A DNA stretch of 64,000 nucleotides, taken from positions 37,045 to 101,044 of the forward strand of contig JALZUO010000008.1 of assembly GCA_023301565.1 (NCBI GenBank), read 5' to 3'. A program made the position numbers and the translations under genes. The notes beneath the pieces are model-generated. The model was not told the origin of the DNA and made no database searches. It saw only the letters and a program-made list of their open reading frames with translations. Source of the DNA: Oligoflexales bacterium. GTDB taxonomy: Bacteria; Bdellovibrionota_B; Oligoflexia; Oligoflexales; JALZUQ01. The stretch's first letter is position 1. Each line of letters opens with the position of its first letter. Below, in pieces: positions 9,127 through 18,600 of this stretch.

Positions 9127-9909
9127 TTATTCTAGCTCGGTCGTATCACTAACCAGGTAGCCTTCTACAATGTTCAAAAAATCCGCGCTAAAGTTATCAA
9201 GATTAGTCATCAACTGGCGAATCATCGTTGAAAAAATATTGAAGCCAATTGCTGCTGGGATAGCAGCAGCAAGGCCGAAGGCAGTTGCGATTAGTGCTTC
9301 TGAAATCCCAGGAGCAACGGCTGCAAGGCTTGCACTGCCAGATTCGGCAATTCCCTGAAAAGCAGTCATAATCCCCCAAACAGTGCCAAAAAGGCCAATA
9401 AAAGGAGCTGCGGAGGCGCAAATTGCAAGTATAGAAAGGTGGCGCTCCATAGCTCTACGCTCTGCCATTCTTGCCTTGCGAAGGGTTCTGCCCATGTTTC
9501 CCATGACAGCCTTGGTAGCGAGCTCTTCGTTGTTTGAGGTTTGGCGAAGCCTAGAGCCTCTTACCAGTTCACTGTAGCCACTGCGAAAAATTTCCTTGGC
9601 TGGGCTTTCGGCAAATTCTTTTAGCCCTGTGTTCAAATCGTTGAGTGAGTGGGAGTCCCAAAACTTGTCTATGAACTGATCGGACTCTAGGGTGAGTTTT
9701 CGCAAAAAGATGTACTTCGCAAAAAGAATCGCCCAACAGACAAGAGAGGCAAGCACTAGAACGATTAAAACCATGGAGACAACAAAACCGCTCTCTGAAA
9801 TCCTATCCCACAAACCAACTGAAGAGCTTGCAGCTAAAGCCGTTGCTGAAAATGGCCCAGAAAAAAAGGCAAAAATAAATAGTAAAGGAGCTGGTTTAAA
9901 AGCTTTCAA
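9127..9909 (-). CDS. tolQ: MotA/TolQ/ExbB proton-channel protein TolQ
   Basis: It has a conserved C-terminal core (LSILAICASAAPFIGLFGTVWGIMTAFQGI...AVAPGISEALIATAFGLAAAIPA). It is first in the tolQRAB order and carries an N-terminal signal-like extension. Confidence 0.88.
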   Translation of the reverse strand: MKAFKPAPLLFIFAFFSGPFSATALAASSSVGLWDRISESGFVVSMVLIVLVLASLVCWAILFAKYIFLRKLTLESDQFIDKFWDSHSLNDLNTGLKEFAESPAKEIFRSGYSELVRGSRLRQTSNNEELATKAVMGNMGRTLRKARMAERRAMERHLSILAICASAAPFIGLFGTVWGIMTAFQGIAESGSASLAAVAPGISEALIATAFGLAAAIPAAIGFNIFSTMIRQLMTNLDNFSADFLNIVEGYLVSDTTELE

Positions 9910-10058
9910 GGTGTCTCCAATCGCATCGTTTCAGGCGTATCACACGCTCCACTATACCCTTTTTTACAACAATGTGTTTTGAATTTTAAAATATTGATGC
10001 CGTCAGAAAGCTGTACTTAAACGATTAAAGTGCTAAAATTCTCGTAAGTACCAAGTTA
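9910..10058. promoter_or_regulatory. Divergent intergenic control region between tolQRAB and the lipoprotein operon
   Basis: This is a 149-bp AT-rich spacer between two head-to-head operons. It contains a TAAAAT -10-like hexamer at about 10034-10039, but no -35 can be assigned confidently. Confidence 0.35.
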
Positions 10059-10085
10059 GTGAAAACCCGTTTGCGGAGCCATCCT

Positions 10086-11837
10086 ATGAAGTTAGCTTTA
10101 ACCTTGAGTTTGTTGCTTGTCGCCGTAGCTTGCCGGCCACGCGCATCCGGCCTTAGTGAAGGAGGGGCAAACATAGAGAGTCTGTCAGGTGCGGAAGTTC
10201 GCTTTGTTTGTGATTTAGGTTTGCCGATTGCTTTTGGCGAGTTGAGAACAGACTACCGAGAAAAGAGTAGGCATATATTCTCTGTTCTCCCTATTAAAAA
10301 AAATGCTGCTAAAGAGCAGGAGCTTTTTGGCGTTAGCCCCAACAGTAAGGACTGTGGTTTTGGTATTCCAGAAAAACCCGTAAGTGCAGGTACTACTACG
10401 GCTGGTGTGACTGATTTTAGTTATGGGATTACAATTGGTGGGCGGATAAAACCAAAAGAAAAACCTGGTACACAAAAATCTAGTTCAAATATTATTCGAG
10501 CCTTTGAGCCCGCAAACCTTCCGCTTAAAACCGCCTATAAGCCGCTATCAGGTCTTGGGTTGCCGGCGAACTTGCCGTCCGGCCTGGGTTACAAAGTGGC
10601 AGGGCATACAAGCTTTCAAAGAGAGAGTATTGCGCTTTGGAATCAGTACGAAATAATTTGGAATCAAAAAAGGTTTAGCTCTCATGCTCCTATCGTGGAG
10701 GTTGAAGTCGTAGGTGGTTCTCTGCTTTTTTCGACAGGATCTCCTCCGACTCTTTACAGCATGAGGTATAACACTCATAAGGAGTTAAAGGGCAGTGGGC
10801 CGTTTGATTTAATCGCTAACGCCAAAAAGATCACAGGTGAAGTAAGGCGAAACAACGTTCGCATGCATGATTATAAAAACTTTACCTATGATTACTCAGA
10901 CGAGGTTGTTTACTTATCAAATCGAAACCTGCTTCTATATGACAAACTTACACACATAAATGGGAACCAAGACCCAAACCAAAAGTTTCCTCAAGGTGGT
11001 TATTTACGTAGCTTTGAAGTGGAGCAGTATGCGCAGGATAAATCCCTGTTTTTTACAATTAACACTCAAGATAAAATAGAAAAATCTAAGGGCAAGGTTT
11101 TTTGCACACCCATGCTTAATGATGGAGATATTATTTCATCCATGGACGTGATGAGGTTTAAGCATGGAAAGATGTGCTTGAATGTTTTAGGTGTAGGCTA
11201 TAGGCCAGAGGGGAGTAGCACTACTTTGTTTCGGCTGTTGTGGCAAAATCCCTATAAATATTATGGCACCGAACCTTGTGTCATATTGCCTTACCCCAAA
11301 AAAAATCCTCTGTATTGCTTAGAAGAGTTTAGAGGGAAGGGGTCAGAAAATGCATTTGTCGATCTTAGGGGGGTTTCTAAGGTTAGGTTTGCCCCGACGC
11401 AGCGCCATCAAAATTACAAAACACTGAGGATGCAGTTTGCTACTGTTGGTGAAGCTCCTAGCCGCATGGCAGCTGGTATCGAAAGCATGGATCTTCGTAT
11501 TAATGTTCACCGAAAAATTTTTTCGGACGTAAGCCAGCATATGAACACTCTCCTTTGGAGGGGGCCGTTTGTGGACAAAACAATTCATGTTGATTCTTTG
11601 ATTATCCGTAATGTAGGGCTAGATCAGCTAAAAGAGGTTGATATCTGGTGGTCTTCACCCAACATCCTTAATGTAAAGCTTCCTGATAACTCCATTTACA
11701 GTTGGGATGACAGGAATGTTTTGGAAGCGATTAGAGCCAAAAGTATAAATTCGAGTAAAGGGGACGCCAATTGCTCGAGCTGTGGTTTTCCACAAGGGGA
11801 GTTACAAGAAATGCTTCAACAAGAGGTGCCTAAATGA
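10086..11837 (+). CDS. Hypothetical Cys-rich lipoprotein (operon gene 1 of 5)
   Basis: ATG 10086 is preceded by GGAG (10075-10078); an alternative GTG lies at 10059. The lipobox reads LLLVAVAC|RPR. There are 9 Cys, including a C-terminal CSSCG, and no recognisable family motif. Confidence 0.7.
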   Translation: MKLALTLSLLLVAVACRPRASGLSEGGANIESLSGAEVRFVCDLGLPIAFGELRTDYREKSRHIFSVLPIKKNAAKEQELFGVSPNSKDCGFGIPEKPVSAGTTTAGVTDFSYGITIGGRIKPKEKPGTQKSSSNIIRAFEPANLPLKTAYKPLSGLGLPANLPSGLGYKVAGHTSFQRESIALWNQYEIIWNQKRFSSHAPIVEVEVVGGSLLFSTGSPPTLYSMRYNTHKELKGSGPFDLIANAKKITGEVRRNNVRMHDYKNFTYDYSDEVVYLSNRNLLLYDKLTHINGNQDPNQKFPQGGYLRSFEVEQYAQDKSLFFTINTQDKIEKSKGKVFCTPMLNDGDIISSMDVMRFKHGKMCLNVLGVGYRPEGSSTTLFRLLWQNPYKYYGTEPCVILPYPKKNPLYCLEEFRGKGSENAFVDLRGVSKVRFAPTQRHQNYKTLRMQFATVGEAPSRMAAGIESMDLRINVHRKIFSDVSQHMNTLLWRGPFVDKTIHVDSLIIRNVGLDQLKEVDIWWSSPNILNVKLPDNSIYSWDDRNVLEAIRAKSINSSKGDANCSSCGFPQGELQEMLQQEVPK

Positions 11838-13972
11838 GGTTGACAGTGATAAGAAATCTGCCGCTACTAGTGATAGCAGCTGTGCTTTTGGCTACGGCGT
11901 GTAAACAAAGAAGCCGCTTGAGCTCAGATCAACTTGAAAATGAAGCCCGGTATGACGCGCCGTATAGCGAAGAGCTCTTTACTGTCTATCCATTTGCATA
12001 TAATGAACACTTTTTGATGAACATCGCAGATACTAGTACTTGGCTGCACTATGTTTTAGGCGACAGGCAAGATTTAGCTCAAAGAGAAGATTTTCAGGAA
12101 GTTTTTGGTGCTTTGGGAGAAAGCAGGGGGCTGTGGGACAACGGAAGAGAACAGTTTCGGTTTTTGATGCGTAGTGGAGCAAATGCCCTGCAAGAAGTTG
12201 TAGCTTACGACTTCTATATAAAGTTTAAGTACAGCGGGCCGGACGAACGCTCTAAATTTTTGTTTCAATACCCGCTGCATTACAGGCTTCTCCCGCAATA
12301 CGCCCCGAATGCTTCGCGTTTTTTTCAGGTTTTGATTTCCGCAGGTTATTACAACCAAACGAGAGATAAGTTAAGTGCGCAGAAGTGTATTCGAAAGACT
12401 GCAAACCAGTTTGCGCTTGGCGAAATGAACTTTAGCCCAACTGCTCGACCTCCTGAACTAGACTGCTACAAAACAGACCCGCAATGTTGCCTTGTGCCAG
12501 AAGTTAACGAAAAAGGTATACCTCAGCCGCTCCCGCTAAACATGAACAAACTCCCCCTAAAAAGCTGGGGTTTAGACCATGCAACAGAAGAGGTCCCTTT
12601 CCACCTTTTTCGAGCTACCCTTTCGACCTCTACCAGAGAGCTAGACTGGCGTACCCCCTTTCAAATGCAGTGCAGGTTTCAAGATCGGTTCGACGTACCA
12701 CTTAAAGAAGTTTCTGTAGGCGCACCATCTTCTTTTCGCCAGCTGGAAAGCAACCTGACAGCAAAAGAGAAAAAGCGTGAACGTCAAAAAGAAATCATTC
12801 AAGAACAAATTAATGGCATCAAAAAACAGATGGTAGACGTAGAAAAAAGCAGAAAAAAGCCAAACGAAGAGGGTGCAGAAGTTCATAATGCAAATATAGA
12901 AAAATTTATAAAGGAGTCTCGGGTTAGGTTGCTCCGGCTTGAAAGGTTTCTTGAAGCAGATTCAGCAGAAGAGCTTCTGGCAATACAAAGAGAAGAGGCA
13001 TTTGAAGAAGGTAAAGGGGTAAAACCGGTCCACTCTGCTGATTCTCCAAACCCTGGTTCCATCTGTTCAAAAAACCAAGGTTCAAACGTTTGGCCAGAGA
13101 AAATATGTGGTGGGTCTCCCGCACTTGTTGGTTTTGGTGGGCTTCAGAAGGAAACCCGTGTTGTCACTATGCCAACACACGACTACGTCACTCCGGACCT
13201 ATCAAGGCTAAAAAATGAAAGGTATTTTCTTAAGGCATTGGATTTGATGCTACCAACCGACATGTCCATGTCAGCCGGGAGTATTCCGGCAAAGCATTTT
13301 AGTCAGATTCGCGTTTTATTCGAAGGTGAACATAACAGCGGGGCCCAAAATCAGGGTGGGGGTACTGGACAAGAAGGTGGCCAGTCAGTCGGTGCGGCCC
13401 CTGCAGAGTCGGATGTTTTGAACAAGGACGGGCGTTACCGTATGTCTGGAAGCGAGCATATCTCCTTTCTTGGCGCGGAAAGAGTGGAAGAAATAAAAGG
13501 TTTTGTAGACCAAAAGCTTCAGTTAGAGGCAAAAGCAAAACAACAAAGCCAGCAAGCGGCAAAGTCTAAAGCACCGGCTAAAAAAACAAGCTTTATGATA
13601 GAAGAACTAAAAAAACAGGCACAAGAGCGTGTGCGTGACCAAGAACGAATGCGGCTTGCTGTTCGGCCCGACGGGTTTGTCATCAACCCCTACGAAAACG
13701 AAGCTGAGTATTTTTGCAATTTCTCCCAGTACCCTCCAGCTCCTTTTGCACGGTTTCAAGGTTTGGTCGGAGCTTCGAATAATATCAGCAAGGGCCACAT
13801 CCTAGAAGCTTTAGCCAAAGCACTAGCTGCGACAAGTCTAGATCCAGCAAGTAGCAATATTTTAAGCATTGAAAAAATTGACTGGCTTCGTAGGCCTCCT
13901 TGCACAAACGGAGTATGCACTGGTGAAGTTCTATATAGTTTGATGCCAACATTTAACCCAGAAAGAAAATAA
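11834..13972 (+). CDS. Hypothetical Cys-rich lipoprotein with central coiled-coil/Lys-Glu-rich segment (operon gene 2 of 5)
   Basis: An ATGA start/stop overlap links it to gene 1. The lipobox reads VLLATAC|KQR. It has a charged helical stretch (KEKKRERQKEIIQEQINGIKKQMVDVEKSRKK), a Gly/Gln low-complexity patch and paired Cys (DPQCCL, CTNGVC). Confidence 0.7.
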   Translation: MRLTVIRNLPLLVIAAVLLATACKQRSRLSSDQLENEARYDAPYSEELFTVYPFAYNEHFLMNIADTSTWLHYVLGDRQDLAQREDFQEVFGALGESRGLWDNGREQFRFLMRSGANALQEVVAYDFYIKFKYSGPDERSKFLFQYPLHYRLLPQYAPNASRFFQVLISAGYYNQTRDKLSAQKCIRKTANQFALGEMNFSPTARPPELDCYKTDPQCCLVPEVNEKGIPQPLPLNMNKLPLKSWGLDHATEEVPFHLFRATLSTSTRELDWRTPFQMQCRFQDRFDVPLKEVSVGAPSSFRQLESNLTAKEKKRERQKEIIQEQINGIKKQMVDVEKSRKKPNEEGAEVHNANIEKFIKESRVRLLRLERFLEADSAEELLAIQREEAFEEGKGVKPVHSADSPNPGSICSKNQGSNVWPEKICGGSPALVGFGGLQKETRVVTMPTHDYVTPDLSRLKNERYFLKALDLMLPTDMSMSAGSIPAKHFSQIRVLFEGEHNSGAQNQGGGTGQEGGQSVGAAPAESDVLNKDGRYRMSGSEHISFLGAERVEEIKGFVDQKLQLEAKAKQQSQQAAKSKAPAKKTSFMIEELKKQAQERVRDQERMRLAVRPDGFVINPYENEAEYFCNFSQYPPAPFARFQGLVGASNNISKGHILEALAKALAATSLDPASSNILSIEKIDWLRRPPCTNGVCTGEVLYSLMPTFNPERK

Positions 13973-16900
13973 ATGAGCTACTTAAAACTAAGAGTTAAGC
14001 GTTGGGTAATTGCGGTTTTTGTCGTTTCTTGCATAACGCAGTCCTGCAAGCCTAGGTATAGTTATTTGCAAGGCGAGGATTCACGTTTGAGTGGATTCGT
14101 GAAACGACAAGCAGATATATCGCTTATATATAAAGCGTTTCGCACGGCTCCTCATATTTTTGTACCCCCACCTTCGATTGCTCAGCAAAGAGATAAAAAC
14201 AACAAGTTCCTAAAAGTCTATCAGTCGTTTTTAGAGGCAAACCCCGAGGCGCAAGGGGACTACGAAGCTGAAAACCAGCTCCGTAGGCAGATTGAAGAGA
14301 AGTTCGGGACAGCGAGGACGCCGGTTGAAGAAATTTTTGATTACTCTTTTGACGAAGGTTATCCGGAGCTACGCTCTTATGCAGCTGCAACTGCTTTTGA
14401 GCTTTTGATTCGCAGTGATCCTACGGCTACGCATATAGGTTTTCAAAACAAAGACTACACACCGAGTCAGTTCTTAAATGTTTTACTTGGTCAGGTAATC
14501 AAGCCTTGGAATCCTAGGATCAAAGAAGTCCGTCAGGACGGAGATCAAAAAGGTAAAAAGCCAGGCGGAGACCTTATATGTGGCTACCCTTGGGAGTGCC
14601 TAAAAAAAGTAGAACATTTGGTAAGTCTCTCGCATGTTCTTAATGCAAGGCATCACAAGCTTAGTGAAAGCATAAAGCTAATTTTTGATGAGCTAGCTAG
14701 AATTGCTCTGCTTCCTTCAGAATCTGGCTCTGAGTTTGACAGGGCCGATCAAGTCAGCGTTATGAATGCGCTTGTTTTTTACCAAGCAAAACTGGGAAAA
14801 GCTTATGCAGAGTTTGCGACGCAGACGGGTTATTTTTTGGGTACCCCTATCAATTTTTCCTCTCTTTACTTCAGTCAAATTAAAAAAGGTAGGCAAAACT
14901 TTGCGATTAAAGAAAAAAGGAAGGTACTGGAAATAGTTCGTAATATGGAGAAAAGATTCTTTACTACGTTCTCCTACCGCGGCACAAAGTACATTACCCC
15001 TTATGAGGTTGATATCAATAGGTTTCGAAGAGAGATGCTTATGGAAATGGCTCATTCGGACCCTAGATTTGCTGATTTAGCCGACGACTCCTACTTTTTG
15101 AACCTTGCGTCTGTCGATGGAAAAACAAAGGTTGTTTCTGATATTGACGTGATCGAAAAACAGCGTAAAGACGAATCTCAATTTCTTGACGAAGCTATGA
15201 TGATGCTCAACTCGAACCTGAAGATGGTTGGCAGTGTTATACGGAACACGGGTAAAAGTTCGCGGCGAATTCTGATGCTTTTGGACCGCATGCAGCAAAA
15301 GTCTCCTAGAAGGCATATTGCTTGTAGTGTTGAGCTGAGTCGTGACTATTACCGGCAGGTATCAGAAAGATACATCATTCCAGGGGTGCAAGGAAAGTCC
15401 GCCCCCAAAATTCTAGCCCCTTTGGAAATTGGCTTTTCTAAGACCGTGACACACGGCAATGGTAGCTATACCTGTCTCAATAGGCCACTTCTGCCAGCCC
15501 AAGGCATCAAAAGTTTAATGCCTAATGAAGATGCGGTTCGTCGAGAGGCGTATGGGCCGTTCCGCTTAAAATATAAAACTGCTTTGCAAACCCTTGTTGG
15601 GTTAGATGCGAACCTGATACGCATAGCCCCAGACAACAAAGGCAAGAGCCGGAATTTTTCGCCTTATGCAGGGCTAGTGAAGGTTTTTGATGTCCTTGCC
15701 TCTAGCGCCTTCGATACGAATCGAAGTTTAGCTGTGGATTTGGGTTTAGATCCAGCCGTTCTCGGGCAACAGTACGAACAGCGTCTTTATGAGAGTATGC
15801 GTGGTTTTACTGGCTGGAGTGACACCTTGCTCAAAATGGCAAATGAGATGCAGCATCGAGACAGAAACACCAAGCTTTGGATGAGTTTACTCGAGCAAGA
15901 TGTCGAGTTCTTAAAAGAAGATGGCGCGATGCCCAAGGACGAAAAACTGGCACAAATGTTTGATTCTGAGTGGGAATACGCAGTGTTTAAAGGCCAGGCT
16001 AAAGGAGAGTATGAAAGGTGGGTTCAGGAAAAAGGAGGCGCGGTATCTGGTGGTGCGGTTTGGTCTTCTTATACCAAGCTTTATAGGGCGATGGTCGGAA
16101 CCACCAACGAAGAAGACAAGAAGGTCTTTAAAAGTATTGAAGATAAAAGGCGAAATATCGCTGAAGGGCACCGTTTTCCCAAAGAAGCCGATACTCCTAA
16201 GGAGAGAGAAGATATTAGAGCTTCTCTTCTGCAGGAAACCTGGGCTTTAACTGGTGGAACTGCCAAGAAAATTTGGACTTATATGTTTAACGGTCATGGC
16301 ACAAAAAACGCTTGGCAACACAACCTAGATAGGGAAACAGCTCTATCCTTAAAGCCCAAGCTGCAAATGGCGTGCTTAGAATATCGCGCGCTTGCAGGCA
16401 CGCCACAACAAAAACAATACTTCTATTCACAATCGGAACAGCAAAAGTGGAATCAGGAATCTAGTTTTTCGAAAAACTTTTTGGGGTGTCAGTCGTACGC
16501 TCTAAACTGGAGTATTCCCTCCATGTACAATGATATCCAAAAGTTTGACTACGGCAAGAAGTTGCTTACTAATTTGGCTAGCGATGATTTAAGCCCATTT
16601 TCACATGAGGGCTATGAACGAGCCAAAGATGGAAAGTTTGATCTTAGGGTGATGTGTGGAGAAACAACCAAAGCATATGATGAGGTAATGTCCTTGGACC
16701 TGCACCTAGATCAGATGCTCATCGCCCACAATAAAGATTCGCGCTGCAGAGGGTCCACTAACCAGATAGTCACGACTGTAATTTCTCTGTCAGTTATGGG
16801 GCCTCTTTTTAAGGTTGCTGGTTCAGTCTCAGGTTTTTTAACGCCTAACTTAGGTCGGATACCATTGATGGGTCCTTTGATGACGCCTATGATCAATACC

Positions 16901-18529
16901 GTAACCAAGAGATACCGAACAATGGTCAGTCACCTGGTTCGGGGAAAAAAACTTAGTATCAAAGGAGCAGAGGGCTGGTATAACCTCAATCCGTTTTCTA
17001 GCCGTAATCTTCGCGGGGTGTTGGACGACACTGCAACAGCTGTTTTTAATGTGACAACTAGGGGCAAAACCCGTGGCCAGTTTGCTGCTGCGTGGAAAAG
17101 GTTAGGTACGATGCCTTTTTGGGCTGTTTTGCATGTTTGCGCCACCCGCGGCTCCTATGCTGCAATCAACGGGGCGATTACGGGTACGGTTTTTTTCTTA
17201 GTAAATAAAGTCGTGATGGCACCCTTGGTCGGGGGCTTGATCCAGCAGTTGCCAGGAGAAACCGTCATGGGTGCTATTTGGCGGACCAAGTGGAGTCTTG
17301 CGATAGAGTATGGTCAAGGTGTGAGTTATGCCATGCTCGGTCCGATTGGTGATGGTCCGGCTATTTGGACGAATAAAATGGGCCTTGGAATGGCTTATCG
17401 CGGTATTCAGTGGGGGCGTGGGTTTGTCAGAAGACGTGCCCCGGGTTTACCTAAATACATACCGTTTAAGGATTTCAGATCTAGGTTTTATAACTATTCA
17501 AAAGGACTTGCAGGAACAAGTCAGATTGCGCTGGAAGAAGCTTGGTTTTTTATTCCCGATATTGCCATTATGGAGACTTTTTACTTTTTACAGTGGTGGG
17601 ATACCGGAGAGCCGGCGGTCCGAGAAACCTTTGGCGCCTTCGTGACGCAAAATGCCTTTGCTCTTTATATGATTCGCGGAAAGCAAGCGCGAGCTCTTGG
17701 GGCGCAAGCTATATGGGAAACAAAGATAGAAGTGTCGGCTATCAAGTCATTTAGAGAGCTGCGCAAATTTGCCAACACAAGGAGAACCATTAGGGTTGCA
17801 GGTAGCGAGCTCAACTTTGGGCAAGGGAACGTACGTGACTTGCTTGCAGATGTCGGAATTTTACATTCGGGCGATATTAGCTTTGATGAGTTTTACCGGC
17901 TAGTTCGACGCGGCGTGGACAGAACAGAGCGCTATATGGATCAGCGGACGTTAGATGAGTTTTACCAGCAGATTGAGCAAATGAGTGATGGTATTGAAGC
18001 AGAGCGAGCCGTGACAGAGTGGACTCACATGACTCACCTGCGAAACGTGGCACTACAAATAGATGCCATCACAAGAGACAAGGAAACCTTTCGCCGCAAT
18101 ATCTGGCCGGAATACATCCAAGCTAGAAGGACCCAAGGGGTCCGGGCTGTAAATAACTATGCTCAGGCCTTTGCTGCAGCAGACGGTAAGCTTGTCTCGG
18201 CCGAGGTAGACCTTAGTGCGGATCCGTTGAAGGCTATATTTGGCAAGGGGCGCGAGGTGTTCTTTACCTCTTCTATGAATAACCCGCAGATTAAAGAGCA
18301 GCTTGAAAAAATGCGAGATGAACTCGAACACCGGAAACAAAAAGCTCAAAGTACAGGTAACAGTAATCTTGAAAAGCATATAGATGATGCATTGGCGTTA
18401 TATATGGATCCTTTTCATAGCCGAAACCAGATTCAACTAGCTAGAGGCTTACAGCCTTTTGGGGTCCGGCGAATGCATGAGCAGCGCACAGCGCAGGTTC
18501 GGTCATGGCAGCCATTTGATGAGTTTTAG
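13973..18529 (+). CDS. Hypothetical 1518-aa envelope protein: N-terminal signal/lipobox, ~900-aa soluble region, hydrophobic multi-helix block, ~330-aa C-terminal domain (operon gene 3 of 5)
   Basis: The ATG immediately follows the gene 2 TAA. The N-terminus reads WVIAVFVVSCITQSC. Hydrophobic segments fall at roughly aa 915-1200 (VTTVISLSVMGPLFKVAGSV, FWAVLHVCATRGSYAAINGAITGTVFFLV, AWFFIPDIAIMETFYFLQWW). The ORF is intact over 4.5 kb. Confidence 0.75.
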   Translation: MSYLKLRVKRWVIAVFVVSCITQSCKPRYSYLQGEDSRLSGFVKRQADISLIYKAFRTAPHIFVPPPSIAQQRDKNNKFLKVYQSFLEANPEAQGDYEAENQLRRQIEEKFGTARTPVEEIFDYSFDEGYPELRSYAAATAFELLIRSDPTATHIGFQNKDYTPSQFLNVLLGQVIKPWNPRIKEVRQDGDQKGKKPGGDLICGYPWECLKKVEHLVSLSHVLNARHHKLSESIKLIFDELARIALLPSESGSEFDRADQVSVMNALVFYQAKLGKAYAEFATQTGYFLGTPINFSSLYFSQIKKGRQNFAIKEKRKVLEIVRNMEKRFFTTFSYRGTKYITPYEVDINRFRREMLMEMAHSDPRFADLADDSYFLNLASVDGKTKVVSDIDVIEKQRKDESQFLDEAMMMLNSNLKMVGSVIRNTGKSSRRILMLLDRMQQKSPRRHIACSVELSRDYYRQVSERYIIPGVQGKSAPKILAPLEIGFSKTVTHGNGSYTCLNRPLLPAQGIKSLMPNEDAVRREAYGPFRLKYKTALQTLVGLDANLIRIAPDNKGKSRNFSPYAGLVKVFDVLASSAFDTNRSLAVDLGLDPAVLGQQYEQRLYESMRGFTGWSDTLLKMANEMQHRDRNTKLWMSLLEQDVEFLKEDGAMPKDEKLAQMFDSEWEYAVFKGQAKGEYERWVQEKGGAVSGGAVWSSYTKLYRAMVGTTNEEDKKVFKSIEDKRRNIAEGHRFPKEADTPKEREDIRASLLQETWALTGGTAKKIWTYMFNGHGTKNAWQHNLDRETALSLKPKLQMACLEYRALAGTPQQKQYFYSQSEQQKWNQESSFSKNFLGCQSYALNWSIPSMYNDIQKFDYGKKLLTNLASDDLSPFSHEGYERAKDGKFDLRVMCGETTKAYDEVMSLDLHLDQMLIAHNKDSRCRGSTNQIVTTVISLSVMGPLFKVAGSVSGFLTPNLGRIPLMGPLMTPMINTVTKRYRTMVSHLVRGKKLSIKGAEGWYNLNPFSSRNLRGVLDDTATAVFNVTTRGKTRGQFAAAWKRLGTMPFWAVLHVCATRGSYAAINGAITGTVFFLVNKVVMAPLVGGLIQQLPGETVMGAIWRTKWSLAIEYGQGVSYAMLGPIGDGPAIWTNKMGLGMAYRGIQWGRGFVRRRAPGLPKYIPFKDFRSRFYNYSKGLAGTSQIALEEAWFFIPDIAIMETFYFLQWWDTGEPAVRETFGAFVTQNAFALYMIRGKQARALGAQAIWETKIEVSAIKSFRELRKFANTRRTIRVAGSELNFGQGNVRDLLADVGILHSGDISFDEFYRLVRRGVDRTERYMDQRTLDEFYQQIEQMSDGIEAERAVTEWTHMTHLRNVALQIDAITRDKETFRRNIWPEYIQARRTQGVRAVNNYAQAFAAADGKLVSAEVDLSADPLKAIFGKGREVFFTSSMNNPQIKEQLEKMRDELEHRKQKAQSTGNSNLEKHIDDALALYMDPFHSRNQIQLARGLQPFGVRRMHEQRTAQVRSWQPFDEF

Positions 18530-18586
18530 GTTCCTGTTTGGGCGCTCAGTATGGTAAAATCTAAGCACGTTACTCATTTACAAAAT

Positions 18587-18593
18587 AAGGAGG
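18587..18593 (+). promoter_or_regulatory. Shine-Dalgarno site (AAGGAGG) for operon gene 4
   Basis: AAGGAGG lies 7 nt upstream of GTG 18601. Confidence 0.7.
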
Positions 18594-18600
18594 CTTTGCC

